DNA of 62,272 nucleotides, filler included, from Nitrospinota bacterium (GTDB taxonomy: Bacteria; JAUXIQ01), in the NCBI GenBank assembly GCA_030620925.1. It is 8 parts of 8 records of this genome, joined end to end, with 100 filler letters (N's around TTAATTAATTAA, not from the genome) between each part and the next. Parts side by side here need not be neighbours in the genome. Positions count along the whole stretch, not along the records: positions 1 to 8,216 come from JAUXIQ010000072.1; positions 8,317 to 20,712 come from JAUXIQ010000021.1; 6 more parts are not named here. One strand, 5' to 3'. The notes beneath the pieces were generated by a model. The model searched no databases and was not told where the DNA came from. It was given only the letters and a program-made list of their open reading frames with translations. The position numbers were made by a program, and so were the translations under genes. This document shows positions 1 to 8,939 of the stretch, in pieces; within the stretch, counting starts at the first letter, position 1, and the number at the start of each line of letters is the position of its first letter.

Positions 1-131
1 CGGTCGGGCAATTCCACTGCGGGCGCTTCCCGCGCTGAAGCATCACGGGAAAAGCGTGGGATATATAGAGAAAGAGAAAAAATTACAATAGCAGCCCACA
101 GAGCAGTTTTCTTGACAAGTGTGCTGTTCAT
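1..131 (-). CDS. N-terminal fragment of an exported protein (signal peptide), cut by the window edge; possibly the outer-membrane partner of the MMPL/LolA-like genes
   Basis: ATG at 131 preceded by GGAG; translates MNSTLVKKTALWAAIVIFSLSLYIPRFSRDASAREAPAVELPD, a basic N-terminus plus hydrophobic core. Not in the ORF track. Confidence 0.55.
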   Translation of the reverse strand, partial: MNSTLVKKTALWAAIVIFSLSLYIPRFSRDASAREAPAVELPD

Positions 132-155
132 CTCCGGCGAGTGCATCTATAAAGG

Positions 156-965
156 TTAACGGCGGGTTTTAAGGTTGCGTTTGGTGAATACATCATCAGA
201 CAAACCAGCATTAATGACCCTTTCGCTGAACTCCAATATGGTTTTATGCTTGGCCTTGAAATCCTCCACTTCGACTCGTTTGGGACGCCAGATACCTTGA
301 GCGAGCTGTTCAAGATCGTATGCTTTAAGAATTTTGAAGTATTCACCTTTCCTGTTCCAAAACTTGGTCTGAACGGTTACAAAGTTGTCTTTCCTCACCC
401 AGAGCTGCCGCTTATCGTATCCTGTCTCCTTCAGCTTTTTTTCCGTCACCGGTATCGCCTCTACGACGTAGCAATCCTCTCCGTCAACTGTTTCGGAGCC
501 CAGGAGCCTGTATTCGAAATGCTCCAGGTCTTCAGACTGAATATCCTCAAAAGTAAAATCGGAGCCCATGAAGTGGTCCGTCTTATCGCTGGAGGAAATG
601 CGCCTGACCTTGCGCAGTGCTGGCAAATAGAGCCACTGGTCGTCATCGGCATCCGTGTGTTCGATGGTGAGTACGCTGGTGCCCTTGACGTCGCTGGGCG
701 ATATAAAGCGGCTGAAGCGCTTGTCGTTCCGCTCGTCGATTTTCTTGCCCCAGTTGCGAATCTCCCTCACCCGCTTTTTCCCCCTCCTGTTTATGAGGGT
801 CATCATTATGGTGCTGGTCTCGTCTTCGCTGTCATTCTGCACCTCGACCCGTTCCATTATCTGACGGCCGGTAAGCTCTTGCGCATCCAGCCTGTCCATG
901 GATGCACCCATCACCAGAAAAGCCGTAACCATTAATATGGTTAATATGATAAGAGGTATTTTCAT
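156..965 (-). CDS. Outer membrane lipoprotein-sorting protein (LolA-like)
   Basis: Signal peptide MKIPLIILTILM..., family motifs SPSDVKGT, DDQWLYLPALRKVRRI, FMGSDFTFED. Start moved to ATG 965 (RBS GGAGGT). Confidence 0.85.
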   Translation of the reverse strand: MKIPLIILTILMVTAFLVMGASMDRLDAQELTGRQIMERVEVQNDSEDETSTIMMTLINRRGKKRVREIRNWGKKIDERNDKRFSRFISPSDVKGTSVLTIEHTDADDDQWLYLPALRKVRRISSSDKTDHFMGSDFTFEDIQSEDLEHFEYRLLGSETVDGEDCYVVEAIPVTEKKLKETGYDKRQLWVRKDNFVTVQTKFWNRKGEYFKILKAYDLEQLAQGIWRPKRVEVEDFKAKHKTILEFSERVINAGLSDDVFTKRNLKTRR

Positions 966-1062
966 ATCATCCACCTCCGTTTCTGCCCTCTCCCGGCATT
1001 CATCATGCCCTGGATAATTCACAAGATTTCCGGCCCGGAGCACCGGCGCCTCTGTTTATCAG

Positions 1063-3393
1063 TTAATCCTGCGGGGTGAAAGCATAAGCGAATTTAGGTT
1101 TGGTTGCGATGAGCAGTGCGGCGAGAACCGTTAACGCCCCGATAAAACTAACCATCATGCTCAAAGAGACCAGCCCTCCAAGGGTGGCGTTGGGTGGAAA
1201 CGGGGATAACGCCAGCACCAGAAAACCCCCGGCAACGATAACCGCATTGTAGAAGATGGCCTTGCCTGCTGTGACAATGGTCAGGATATTCGTTTCTCTC
1301 TCGTCATTCAACCTTGCCATATTCCTCCTGTATTTGGATATATAGTGGATCGAATAGTCTATGCCTATTCCTATGCTGACGCTGGAGTTTATGGCTGTCA
1401 CAGGGTTTAACGGTTTATTGGAGAGCCCCATCAGGCCGAAGTTCACGAGCGTTGCTATACCGATAGGTATGATACTTAAAAACCCGGCTATCCATGACCT
1501 GAACATACCCGCAGTTATGAAGAATACGGCTATGATGGCCAGAATCAGGCTCATAACCTGACTGCGCACTATTATTCCGGCTATGGTATAGGTGATGTTA
1601 GCCCTGCCCGCAAAGCCTATACTTATGTCTTCCTCCTTGAAATGCTCTTTCAGATACTTGTCCATTGCCTTTACCACATTGCCCGTGTCTTTTGCGTGAT
1701 CCGATTTCATGAAGATGCGGGTGTTGGCCCTCTGGTAGTCGTAATCGACCACGTCGTCAAAGTCGTCCGGGTCGCCGGACATGGAATAGAGGAGCAGATA
1801 CTGGGCCACCAGTTCCCTGCTGTCGGGGACTACTTCCATCTCCTTCCTGTCCTCGTTCATCACCCTGTTCATCCGCTTGAGGTATTCGGAGATTGTAATT
1901 GAATCCCCGACCAGGGGAAGCGACTCCGCATAATCCGCCATCTTGTCTATCTTTTTCAGGAGAACGGGGTCTTTCATCCGATCGTAATCCTTACCCGCGA
2001 AAACCACGTTGAGGACGGTAGTGCCCGCGAACTTCTCATTGAGCAACTTCTCCGATCTAACCACGTCGGTATCCTGCTTGAAATAGGATACCAGGCTCGA
2101 GTCAGTCGATACACGCATGATTCCTACCGTAGAAATTACCACTACGACGACGGCCACGGCGAGGACGATACTCCGGTGGTTATAAACTGCCTTTCCACAG
2201 ACCGCCAGTATGCGGGAGGAAAGAGTGGCGCTGCTCAGATCGCTTATTCTCTCCTTTCGCCTGATGTAAAGAGAGCTGACTTTGGGCTTCATGAGCATCA
2301 ACCCGGCGGGTATCACCGTCAGCGAAAACAGCATGGCGACCATGACACCAAAGGCGGTAAAGAGGCCGAAATAGACGAAAGGCGGCATAGAGGAGATGGT
2401 GAAGGCCAGGAAACCGGCGGCGGTGGTTACGGAGGTCATGGTCACCGGAGGCCACATCTCAAGCATGGTGTCCATCACGATAGCCCTGCGCTCCTTATCC
2501 GGGTACTGCAGGACCTCATCATAATATTTGCTTATGATGTGTATACCGTCCGCCACCCCGATGGCCATCAGAATAATGGGCATCATGATAGAGGTTATGT
2601 AAAAAGGCACTTGAAAAATGCCCATGAGCCCCACGGCCCAGAAAACGCTGGGAACAACCACCAATAGAGGGAGCAGAATGCCGCGAAAGCTTCTGAAGGT
2701 CAGAAAAAGAATTATTATAATGACTATCATGGCCACCAGAAAGTTCTTGGCGTCCTCTTTGGATTGTATCCCTATGAGGCCCTCCAGGATGGGGCGGCCG
2801 GCAAAGAATATCTCGTTATCGCCCAGGTTTTCCTCGGCCACCATGGCCTTGACCTTATTATAAATCTCCGACTCATCCACGTCGTCTTCGAGCCTGGCGA
2901 AGATTAACGTCGCCTTCTCATCCTCGGAGACTATGGTGCCCCTGTACATGTTGTTGCCGCGAACGGCTTGGCGCAGGGCGTTTATCTCTTCCTGCGTTTT
3001 GGGCACCTCCTCCATAAAGGGTCTTACATCCATCCCTTCTTTGGTGCCCACGATGTTGTCCAGGTTGGCCAGGCTGTCCACATCCTCGGAGTTGATTCCC
3101 TTCATGCCCTTCAGCTTCTCGGTGAGCCGCTTAAGAAGGGCCAGGCTTTCGGTGTTATAGATTCCATCCGGCCCCCTGTTGACCACAGAAAGCATCATGT
3201 CGCTTTTAACTCCGAAGATATCTTCCACCAAGTTGTCAAAAACTATGGCGGGATGATTCTGGGGTAGGAAAGCCTCGATATCGGTCTCCATACGGGTTCC
3301 TTTCATGTTCATAAAGAACAAAACCGTAAGGACCACAGCGATGATGATGGTAATTCGTGGATGGTCAATAACGAAAGTAAGAAACCGTTTCAT
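1063..3393 (-). CDS. MMPL/RND-superfamily exporter
   Basis: 776 aa with two repeats of TM + periplasmic loop + 5 TM; GVADGIH and GIGIDYSIH motifs. Confidence 0.9.
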   Translation of the reverse strand: MKRFLTFVIDHPRITIIIAVVLTVLFFMNMKGTRMETDIEAFLPQNHPAIVFDNLVEDIFGVKSDMMLSVVNRGPDGIYNTESLALLKRLTEKLKGMKGINSEDVDSLANLDNIVGTKEGMDVRPFMEEVPKTQEEINALRQAVRGNNMYRGTIVSEDEKATLIFARLEDDVDESEIYNKVKAMVAEENLGDNEIFFAGRPILEGLIGIQSKEDAKNFLVAMIVIIIILFLTFRSFRGILLPLLVVVPSVFWAVGLMGIFQVPFYITSIMMPIILMAIGVADGIHIISKYYDEVLQYPDKERRAIVMDTMLEMWPPVTMTSVTTAAGFLAFTISSMPPFVYFGLFTAFGVMVAMLFSLTVIPAGLMLMKPKVSSLYIRRKERISDLSSATLSSRILAVCGKAVYNHRSIVLAVAVVVVVISTVGIMRVSTDSSLVSYFKQDTDVVRSEKLLNEKFAGTTVLNVVFAGKDYDRMKDPVLLKKIDKMADYAESLPLVGDSITISEYLKRMNRVMNEDRKEMEVVPDSRELVAQYLLLYSMSGDPDDFDDVVDYDYQRANTRIFMKSDHAKDTGNVVKAMDKYLKEHFKEEDISIGFAGRANITYTIAGIIVRSQVMSLILAIIAVFFITAGMFRSWIAGFLSIIPIGIATLVNFGLMGLSNKPLNPVTAINSSVSIGIGIDYSIHYISKYRRNMARLNDERETNILTIVTAGKAIFYNAVIVAGGFLVLALSPFPPNATLGGLVSLSMMVSFIGALTVLAALLIATKPKFAYAFTPQD

Positions 3394-3407
3394 CCTGCTC
3401 CCCCCTT

Positions 3408-4070
3408 TTATTCACGTTCGATCTGATACTTTTTCTCTCTATTCATAAAGCCTTCCATCATAAGCATTAACATCATCTGCGTGTCTTCCACCCTGCTCAC
3501 CACGGAATAGCCGGTGACCCTCTGGAAAACCACTGAGTAAGCCATCTCCAGCAAGTAGTAGGCCGCCTTTTCGCTGTTCACCCTCACGAACACCTGTGAA
3601 TCTATCAACTCATCAATGGAATCCGAGAGAATTTTGATATAGCCGGTATACCTTTCCGCCAAATTCCCTTTGGGCTCATCGATGGGATCGATTATCCAAT
3701 CGTGCTTGCCGGCAAGATATATGCGAAAAAAATCGGGGTTCTCCTCGAAGACTCGAATATGTTCGGTGATTATCCCCTCCAGACGACGCTGAGGCTCCTC
3801 GACCCCCCGGATGGCTTCCTGGATGCTCTCCATCAGGGAATCCATGAAAAAATTGAGGACCTTAATGTATAGATCGTATTTGTTGTCAAAATACTGGTAG
3901 ATGGTCCCCACGGAGACGCTGGTCTCCCTGGCCATCTCCTCCACCGTTGCCCCGTGGTAGCCGGATTGACCGAAAACCCCGGCGGCGCCCCTTAGAATCT
4001 TGTCCACCATGAACTGCTGGAGAAGCTCTTTCTTCTCCTCCACAGCTCGCAGCGCTTTCTTTCCCATCAC
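3408..4070 (-). CDS. TetR/AcrR family transcriptional regulator
   Basis: HTH GYHGATVEEMARETSVSVGTIYQYFDNKYDL; first gene of the MMPL operon. Confidence 0.9.
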   Translation of the reverse strand: MMGKKALRAVEEKKELLQQFMVDKILRGAAGVFGQSGYHGATVEEMARETSVSVGTIYQYFDNKYDLYIKVLNFFMDSLMESIQEAIRGVEEPQRRLEGIITEHIRVFEENPDFFRIYLAGKHDWIIDPIDEPKGNLAERYTGYIKILSDSIDELIDSQVFVRVNSEKAAYYLLEMAYSVVFQRVTGYSVVSRVEDTQMMLMLMMEGFMNREKKYQIERE

Positions 4071-4496
4071 TTATTTCCTTGTGTAATCGAATATTCCGTT
4101 GCCGGTTTTGAATATATATTTAATTTATTGAATAATAATTATAGTATCATATTTATTAAATTCGTTTCAATACTTTCTCAAATCAGAAGATCAGCAGCGT
4201 AAATTATAACCTCGCATCCGATTTTCAAATTTTATTTCGTGCAAATCCGAATAAAACATGATAAACTTTACCCATATTATCGCCAATAAGAATACAGAGC
4301 TCAGACTTTCTCATTCGCAATAAAAAAAGATCAGGCAGAATTTCTGGAATCTTCCATAAAATATTGAAATGTAAGGATATTCACATCAAAATAAAGAAAA
4401 TAAATACAAAAGACACGAAGTTTGCCTAATTTAAGCATGGATAGGTTTGTTACTTTGACACAATTGTGATAAAATTTGTTAACACTAAAATTTATA

Positions 4497-4523
4497 ATTA
4501 ATTTAGGTATTACCTAAATTAAT
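4497..4523. promoter_or_regulatory. Perfect 13-1-13 inverted repeat, candidate operator
   Basis: ATTAATTTAGGTA-T-TACCTAAATTAAT about 60 nt upstream of the Rrf2 gene in the divergent tetR/rrf2 intergenic region. Confidence 0.55.
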
Positions 4524-4583
4524 ACTTAACGGCTGAAGAGCAGGACATAGGGCCTCTACGAATAATTAAAGGAGAGTAGTGAG

Positions 4584-5009
4584 ATGATGCTTACCAGAGC
4601 CGGAGATTACGCACTAAGAAGTATGGTCTACCTTGCCAAACAGACGGATGGAAAAATAACTATCCTTGGCGAAATAGCAGAGAAGCAGGGCATTCCCAAA
4701 AACTTTCTGGCCAAAATCCTACAGGTGCTCACCAAGGCGGGTCTGGTTAAATCGCATCAGGGTGTGAACGGGGGCTACTCAATAGGAATTCCAATGGATT
4801 CCATCGACCTTAAAAAGATTATCGAAACGGTTGAAGGGCCGATATTCCTTAACCGTTGTCTCATCCGAGTAGGCGAATGCGATAGGGACAACTCCTGCCC
4901 GATGCACGATGTCTGGGTCGAAGCACAGGGTAAGCTCATGGAAGTTCTCACCAATACGACCCTGGGAGATGTTATTCGAAAAAACCCGGAGTTAAGTTAC
5001 CTGAGCTAA
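4584..5009 (+). CDS. Rrf2 family transcriptional regulator with three Fe-S-type Cys
   Basis: LTRAGDYALR, FLAKILQVLTKAGLVKS-GVNGGY; C-terminal CLIRVGECDRDNSCPMH. Confidence 0.9.
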   Translation: MMLTRAGDYALRSMVYLAKQTDGKITILGEIAEKQGIPKNFLAKILQVLTKAGLVKSHQGVNGGYSIGIPMDSIDLKKIIETVEGPIFLNRCLIRVGECDRDNSCPMHDVWVEAQGKLMEVLTNTTLGDVIRKNPELSYLS

Positions 5010-5297
5010 ACGATATGCACCCTTGTTCCCACTTTAACAAGGGCACAGCTTACAACCCTTTTATGACAATCTCCGGCGTGCCCCATCAAAACGCTCTACC
5101 TACGAAGAACCATTGCACGCGAAGTTTACCCATATCCCGCAGTGCCGACAGTGCGCCATTCTGCATCCTGCAATAACCTCACTCTCGCAAGTACAAACAC
5201 GAAAACCATTGACAAAGTCCCGCTGAGTTTTTAAAGTGTTCGACTGTAGGCCATTACAGCGATTTTTCACCCGTGAATATTGCACGAGGAGTTTCCG

Positions 5298-6719
5298 ATG
5301 GCGGGAATTGTCAGTTACGGAGCTTATATCCCCAAAAACAGGTTGAGCCGGGATGAGCTGGCGCGGGCGTGGGGAGGTAATTCCCTGAAGGGAGAGCGCT
5401 CCGTGGCGAACCATGATGAGGACAGCATCACAATGGCGGCGGCAGCGGCCATGGACTGCCTCCAAGGTATGGACACGGATAGCGTTGACGCCCTGTTCTT
5501 CGCATCAACCTCCTCCCCATACACCGAGAAACAGGCGGCCTCCATTGTTGCGCGAGTTCTCGATCTCAGGCGGGATATCTTCACCGCGGATTATGCCGGT
5601 TCGTTGAGAGCGGGGACATCCGCCCTGCGCGCCGCTCTGGACGCGGTAAAGAGCGGTTCGGCCCGCAACGTACTGGTGACTGCGGCGGACTGCAGACTGG
5701 GCGCACCGCGCAGCATAGACGAACAGGCCTTCGGGGACGGTGCAGGCGCACTCCTGGTGGGAGCCGACAGCGCAGTGGCGGAAGTGGAAGACGTCTATTC
5801 CATCTCCCAGGAGATAACCGACGTCTGGCGTACCAGTGAAGACCGCTTCGTGAGGAACTGGGAGGACCGCTGGGTCATCATGCACGGCTACGACGCAACA
5901 ACCAGGGAAGCCGTCACAGGCATCATGAAAAGGAACAACCTGGAGGCCGCAGACATAGCCAGAGCGGTATTGACGGGTCCCAACCCCCGAAGCCATCAGG
6001 CCCTGGCAAGAGCGCTCAAGTTCGACCCGGAGAAGCAGGTGCAAGACCTGCTGTTCGGCAGCGTGGGCAACACCGGCACAGCCCAGCCGCTGATGCTCCT
6101 GGCCGCCGCGCTGGAAGAGGCCGGCGCCGGGGACAGGATGCTCCTGGCCGGATACGGCGACGGCAGCGATACCTTCATACTGAAGGCGACTGAAGCCCTG
6201 GGAAGTTTAAGCGAGCGCAGGGGCATTAAGGGACACCTGAGCTCCAAACGTGCTCTGGATAGATACGAGCAGTACGTCCGCTACCGGGGCCTCATGGAAA
6301 CCGAGGCGGAGGAAGCCGTCCGTAAATCCATGAGGTCGTCGGCGACCGCACTCTGGCGCACGAACAACAGCGTACTGAGCCTGCACGGAAGCCGTTGCAA
6401 GATCTGCGGGACGACCAGTTTCCCCGTGCAGCGGGTCTGCTACGGCTGCCAGTCCAAAGACCAGTTCGAAGAGGTAAGGCTGACCGATGAGAAGGGAAAG
6501 GTCTATACGTTCTCCCTGGATAACCTGGCGGGCGGCGTCGAGCCGCCGACACCGATGACAGTCATAGAGACGGAAAGCGGCGCCAGGGTATATTGCGAGA
6601 TGACCGAAGCGGCCCCTGACGAGCTCAAGGTAGACATGCCCGTGGAGATGACCTTCCGCAGGGTCCACCAGGGAGCCGGATTCATAAACTATTACTGGAA
6701 ATCCCGACCGGTGAGATAA
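5298..6719 (+). CDS. HMG-CoA synthase/KAS-III-like domain fused to a C-terminal DUF35 (Zn-ribbon + OB-fold) domain
   Basis: GIVSYGAYIP, DEDSITMA, GDGAGA, VGNTG, GYGDG; C-terminal CKICG...CYGC, GKVYTFS, VEMTFRR, YYWK. The catalytic Cys position reads GSLRAGT. Start ATG 5298 with GAGGA. Confidence 0.85.
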   Translation: MAGIVSYGAYIPKNRLSRDELARAWGGNSLKGERSVANHDEDSITMAAAAAMDCLQGMDTDSVDALFFASTSSPYTEKQAASIVARVLDLRRDIFTADYAGSLRAGTSALRAALDAVKSGSARNVLVTAADCRLGAPRSIDEQAFGDGAGALLVGADSAVAEVEDVYSISQEITDVWRTSEDRFVRNWEDRWVIMHGYDATTREAVTGIMKRNNLEAADIARAVLTGPNPRSHQALARALKFDPEKQVQDLLFGSVGNTGTAQPLMLLAAALEEAGAGDRMLLAGYGDGSDTFILKATEALGSLSERRGIKGHLSSKRALDRYEQYVRYRGLMETEAEEAVRKSMRSSATALWRTNNSVLSLHGSRCKICGTTSFPVQRVCYGCQSKDQFEEVRLTDEKGKVYTFSLDNLAGGVEPPTPMTVIETESGARVYCEMTEAAPDELKVDMPVEMTFRRVHQGAGFINYYWKSRPVR

Positions 6720-6732
6720 GGAGGAAAACCAG

Positions 6733-7884
6733 ATGGAGAGCATAAAAGACAAGGTGGCCGTGATAGGGATGGGCTGCACTAAATTCGGCGAGCGGTGGGA
6801 TACCTCCACAGACGACCTCATAGTGGAGGCCGCCTACGAGGCTTACGAAGACGCAGGCGTCGGGCCTGAAGATCTACAGGCCGCCTGGGTGGGCACCACG
6901 GGTTCAGGGAGCGCCGGGCAATGCCTGGCCGACCCGCTCAAGCTGAAGGGCATTCCCATCACCAGGGTGGAGAACTACTGCGCCACCGGCCTGGATGCCT
7001 TCAGGAACGCCTGCTTCGGCGTGGCCTGCGGCATGTACGACGTAGCCATGGCCCTGGGCTTCGAGAAGCTCAAGGATACCGGCGCCGGCGGCCTGGGAGT
7101 GGGCAGGGGTCAGCACCCGGTATACGAGACGCGCAGAACGGCGCCCGGCTCCTTCGCCTTCATAGCCACCAGGTATTTCCATAAATACGGTATCGATAAG
7201 ACCACCCTGGCCAAGATAGCGGTAAAGAATCACCACAACGGCACCCTTCACCCCAAGGCCCACTTCCAGAGGGAGATAACCGTGGAGCAGGTGCTCAAGG
7301 CTCCCATCATCGCCTGGCCCCTGGGCCTGCTGGACTGCTGCCCCACCACCGACGGCGCGGCGGCGGCCATCATCTGTCGGGCGGACATGGCCAAAAAGTT
7401 CCGGTCTGATCCGGTATACGTCAAGGGATTGGGGCTCTCGGTGGACCCCATGCTGCCCATGTCCAGGCCGGGATTCGAATACCTCGGTTTCCAATCCAAC
7501 GTCAACGCCGCCCGGCAGGCATACGAGCAGGCGGGGGTCAAAGACCCGCTCAAGGAGCTGAGCGTGGCCGAGGTTCACGACTGTTTCACCATAACCGAGC
7601 TGGTGATATGCGAAGACCTGGGCTTCTGCGAAAAGGGCACCGGCAAGGAACACGTGGACGCGGGAACTTTCACCCTGGAAGGCGAGCTGCCGGTCAACGC
7701 CGACGGGGGGCTTAAAGCCTTCGGGCATCCCATAGGAGCCAGCGGCCTCAGGATGACCTACGAGGTCTATAAACAGTTGCAGGAGAAGGCGGGCCCGAGG
7801 CAGGTCAAAAACCCCAAACTCGGTCTTTCCCACAATCTGGGCGGACCGCCAGTGGTGGCCTGCGTGGCCCTGCTGGGTAACTGA
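6733..7884 (+). CDS. SCP2-type thiolase (acetyl-CoA acyltransferase family)
   Basis: RVENYCATG (catalytic Cys), AEVHDCFT, GHPIGASG, HNLGG. Confidence 0.9.
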   Translation: MESIKDKVAVIGMGCTKFGERWDTSTDDLIVEAAYEAYEDAGVGPEDLQAAWVGTTGSGSAGQCLADPLKLKGIPITRVENYCATGLDAFRNACFGVACGMYDVAMALGFEKLKDTGAGGLGVGRGQHPVYETRRTAPGSFAFIATRYFHKYGIDKTTLAKIAVKNHHNGTLHPKAHFQREITVEQVLKAPIIAWPLGLLDCCPTTDGAAAAIICRADMAKKFRSDPVYVKGLGLSVDPMLPMSRPGFEYLGFQSNVNAARQAYEQAGVKDPLKELSVAEVHDCFTITELVICEDLGFCEKGTGKEHVDAGTFTLEGELPVNADGGLKAFGHPIGASGLRMTYEVYKQLQEKAGPRQVKNPKLGLSHNLGGPPVVACVALLGN

Positions 7885-7955
7885 GATACGGAAATAACCT
7901 CAGTCATCAGAAGATGTCTTGACGAAAAAGAGAGAACGTTAAGAGACGCTGCTTC

Positions 7956-8216
7956 CTACGACAATTCTTCGAGCAGGGCTTTGGCCTCTTTGAGGTCGGC
8001 GGTATCGAACCCTTCGGTAAACCAGTCGTAGATGGGGGTCAGAAGATCGCGGGCTTCCTGGTGTTTGCCCTGACTCTGCCACAAGCGGCCCATACTCATG
8101 GCCGCCCGCAGCTCCCAGGATTTGGCCTGCTGGTGACGGGCTACCTCAAGGGCCTTACTAAAACATTCCTCCGCCTCGGTCTGATTCCCCTCCGATTGAG
8201 TCAGCAGCAACTCACC
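7956..8216 (-). CDS. C-terminal fragment of a TPR-containing ATPase / class-3 adenylate cyclase-type protein (truncated by contig end)
   Basis: Conserved tail [16 protein letters not shown]...[21 protein letters not shown]. Confidence 0.75.
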   Translation of the reverse strand, partial: GELLLTQSEGNQTEAEECFSKALEVARHQQAKSWELRAAMSMGRLWQSQGKHQEARDLLTPIYDWFTEGFDTADLKEAKALLEELS

Positions 8217-8316
8217 NNNNNNNNNNNNNNNNNNNNNNNNNNNNNNNNNNNNNNNNNNNNTTAATTAATTAANNNNNNNNNNNNNNNNNNNNNNNNNNNN
8301 NNNNNNNNNNNNNNNN
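8217..8316. other. Artificial contig-joining spacer
   Basis: N44-TTAATTAATTAA-N44, identical at seven positions; carries stops in all six frames. Confidence 0.98.
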
Positions 8317-8646
8317 ACTTACTCACCGGGGCACCTGAAGGTCAGGCCGACTCCGGACGGCAAGCTTCAGGGCTACCTCTACATGAACACCGTATCCTTG
8401 GTCAGTGGCTCGGGATGGCAGATGTGGTACACGGTAAGCATAACCGTGGAAGACGCTGCCGGCAATCGCAGTTTGCCCAGAGTGTTAAGGGTAAATTTCA
8501 GCGGCGAGAGGGAGAGAGAGGTAAGGGAGTGGGAGAAGGCCCGGTTGGCCTCCATGGGGCTCGAGGCGACGCCCCGCCTGGGCCGAATGCATATCGAGCT
8601 GGTTCCGATCGGGGATGCGGTGGGGGCAGCAGACAATAGGCCCTAA
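8317..8646 (+). CDS. C-terminal fragment of a hypothetical protein, possibly an Ig-like beta domain
   Basis: Open from the contig start; VSITVEDAAGNRS resembles the end of a bacterial Ig-like repeat. Confidence 0.45.
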   Translation, partial: TYSPGHLKVRPTPDGKLQGYLYMNTVSLVSGSGWQMWYTVSITVEDAAGNRSLPRVLRVNFSGEREREVREWEKARLASMGLEATPRLGRMHIELVPIGDAVGAADNRP

Positions 8647-8700
8647 CCCGGGGGCCGAAGACGGTCTGGAAGCAGGTGGGGATAGCTATAAATTTCAAGG

Positions 8701-8737
8701 AAAAAAGGGGCGTACTATTCTCGTGCGCCCCCTTTTC
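8701..8737. terminator. Putative bidirectional intrinsic terminator
   Basis: AAAAAA-GGGGCGTAC...GTGCGCCCC-CTTTT hairpin with an A-tract before and a T-tract after. Confidence 0.55.
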
Positions 8738-8939
8738 ATTTCTCATCGATTTTTGTTTACAAAGGGGTCGGCAATCTGTAATATTTAGGACGTATTGTGC
8801 CCTGCCTTGAGTTCCGTGCAGACTGTTTACTGAATGGCTGTAATCCGTTGATAGATGGGGATCTCCGCCTCCCGGAGGAAATCGGGCGGGGGCGCTGCGT
8901 GCCGTCCCCATCGAAGAGTTTAAGGAGAGGTCTCAGGCA

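Noticed and set aside
246..935. Long antisense ORFs (also 6904-7833, 27498-28607, 45414-46322, 59691-60527)
   Set aside because: Shadow frames of well-supported genes in GC3-rich DNA; no recognisable motifs or RBS.
4423..4437. TGCCTAATTTAAGCA, similar to the NtrC-type site at 24210
   Set aside because: Two bases too short for TGC-N11-GCA, single copy, and no sigma54 promoter downstream.
8261..8272. TTAATTAATTAA repeated seven times at intervals
   Set aside because: Always centred in N-runs of identical length; an assembly linker, not a biological repeat or CRISPR.
7956..8646. TPR/ATPase fragment plus Ig-like fragment as an NLR-like defence locus
   Set aside because: They are on different contigs, and only a short C-terminal tail of each is visible.
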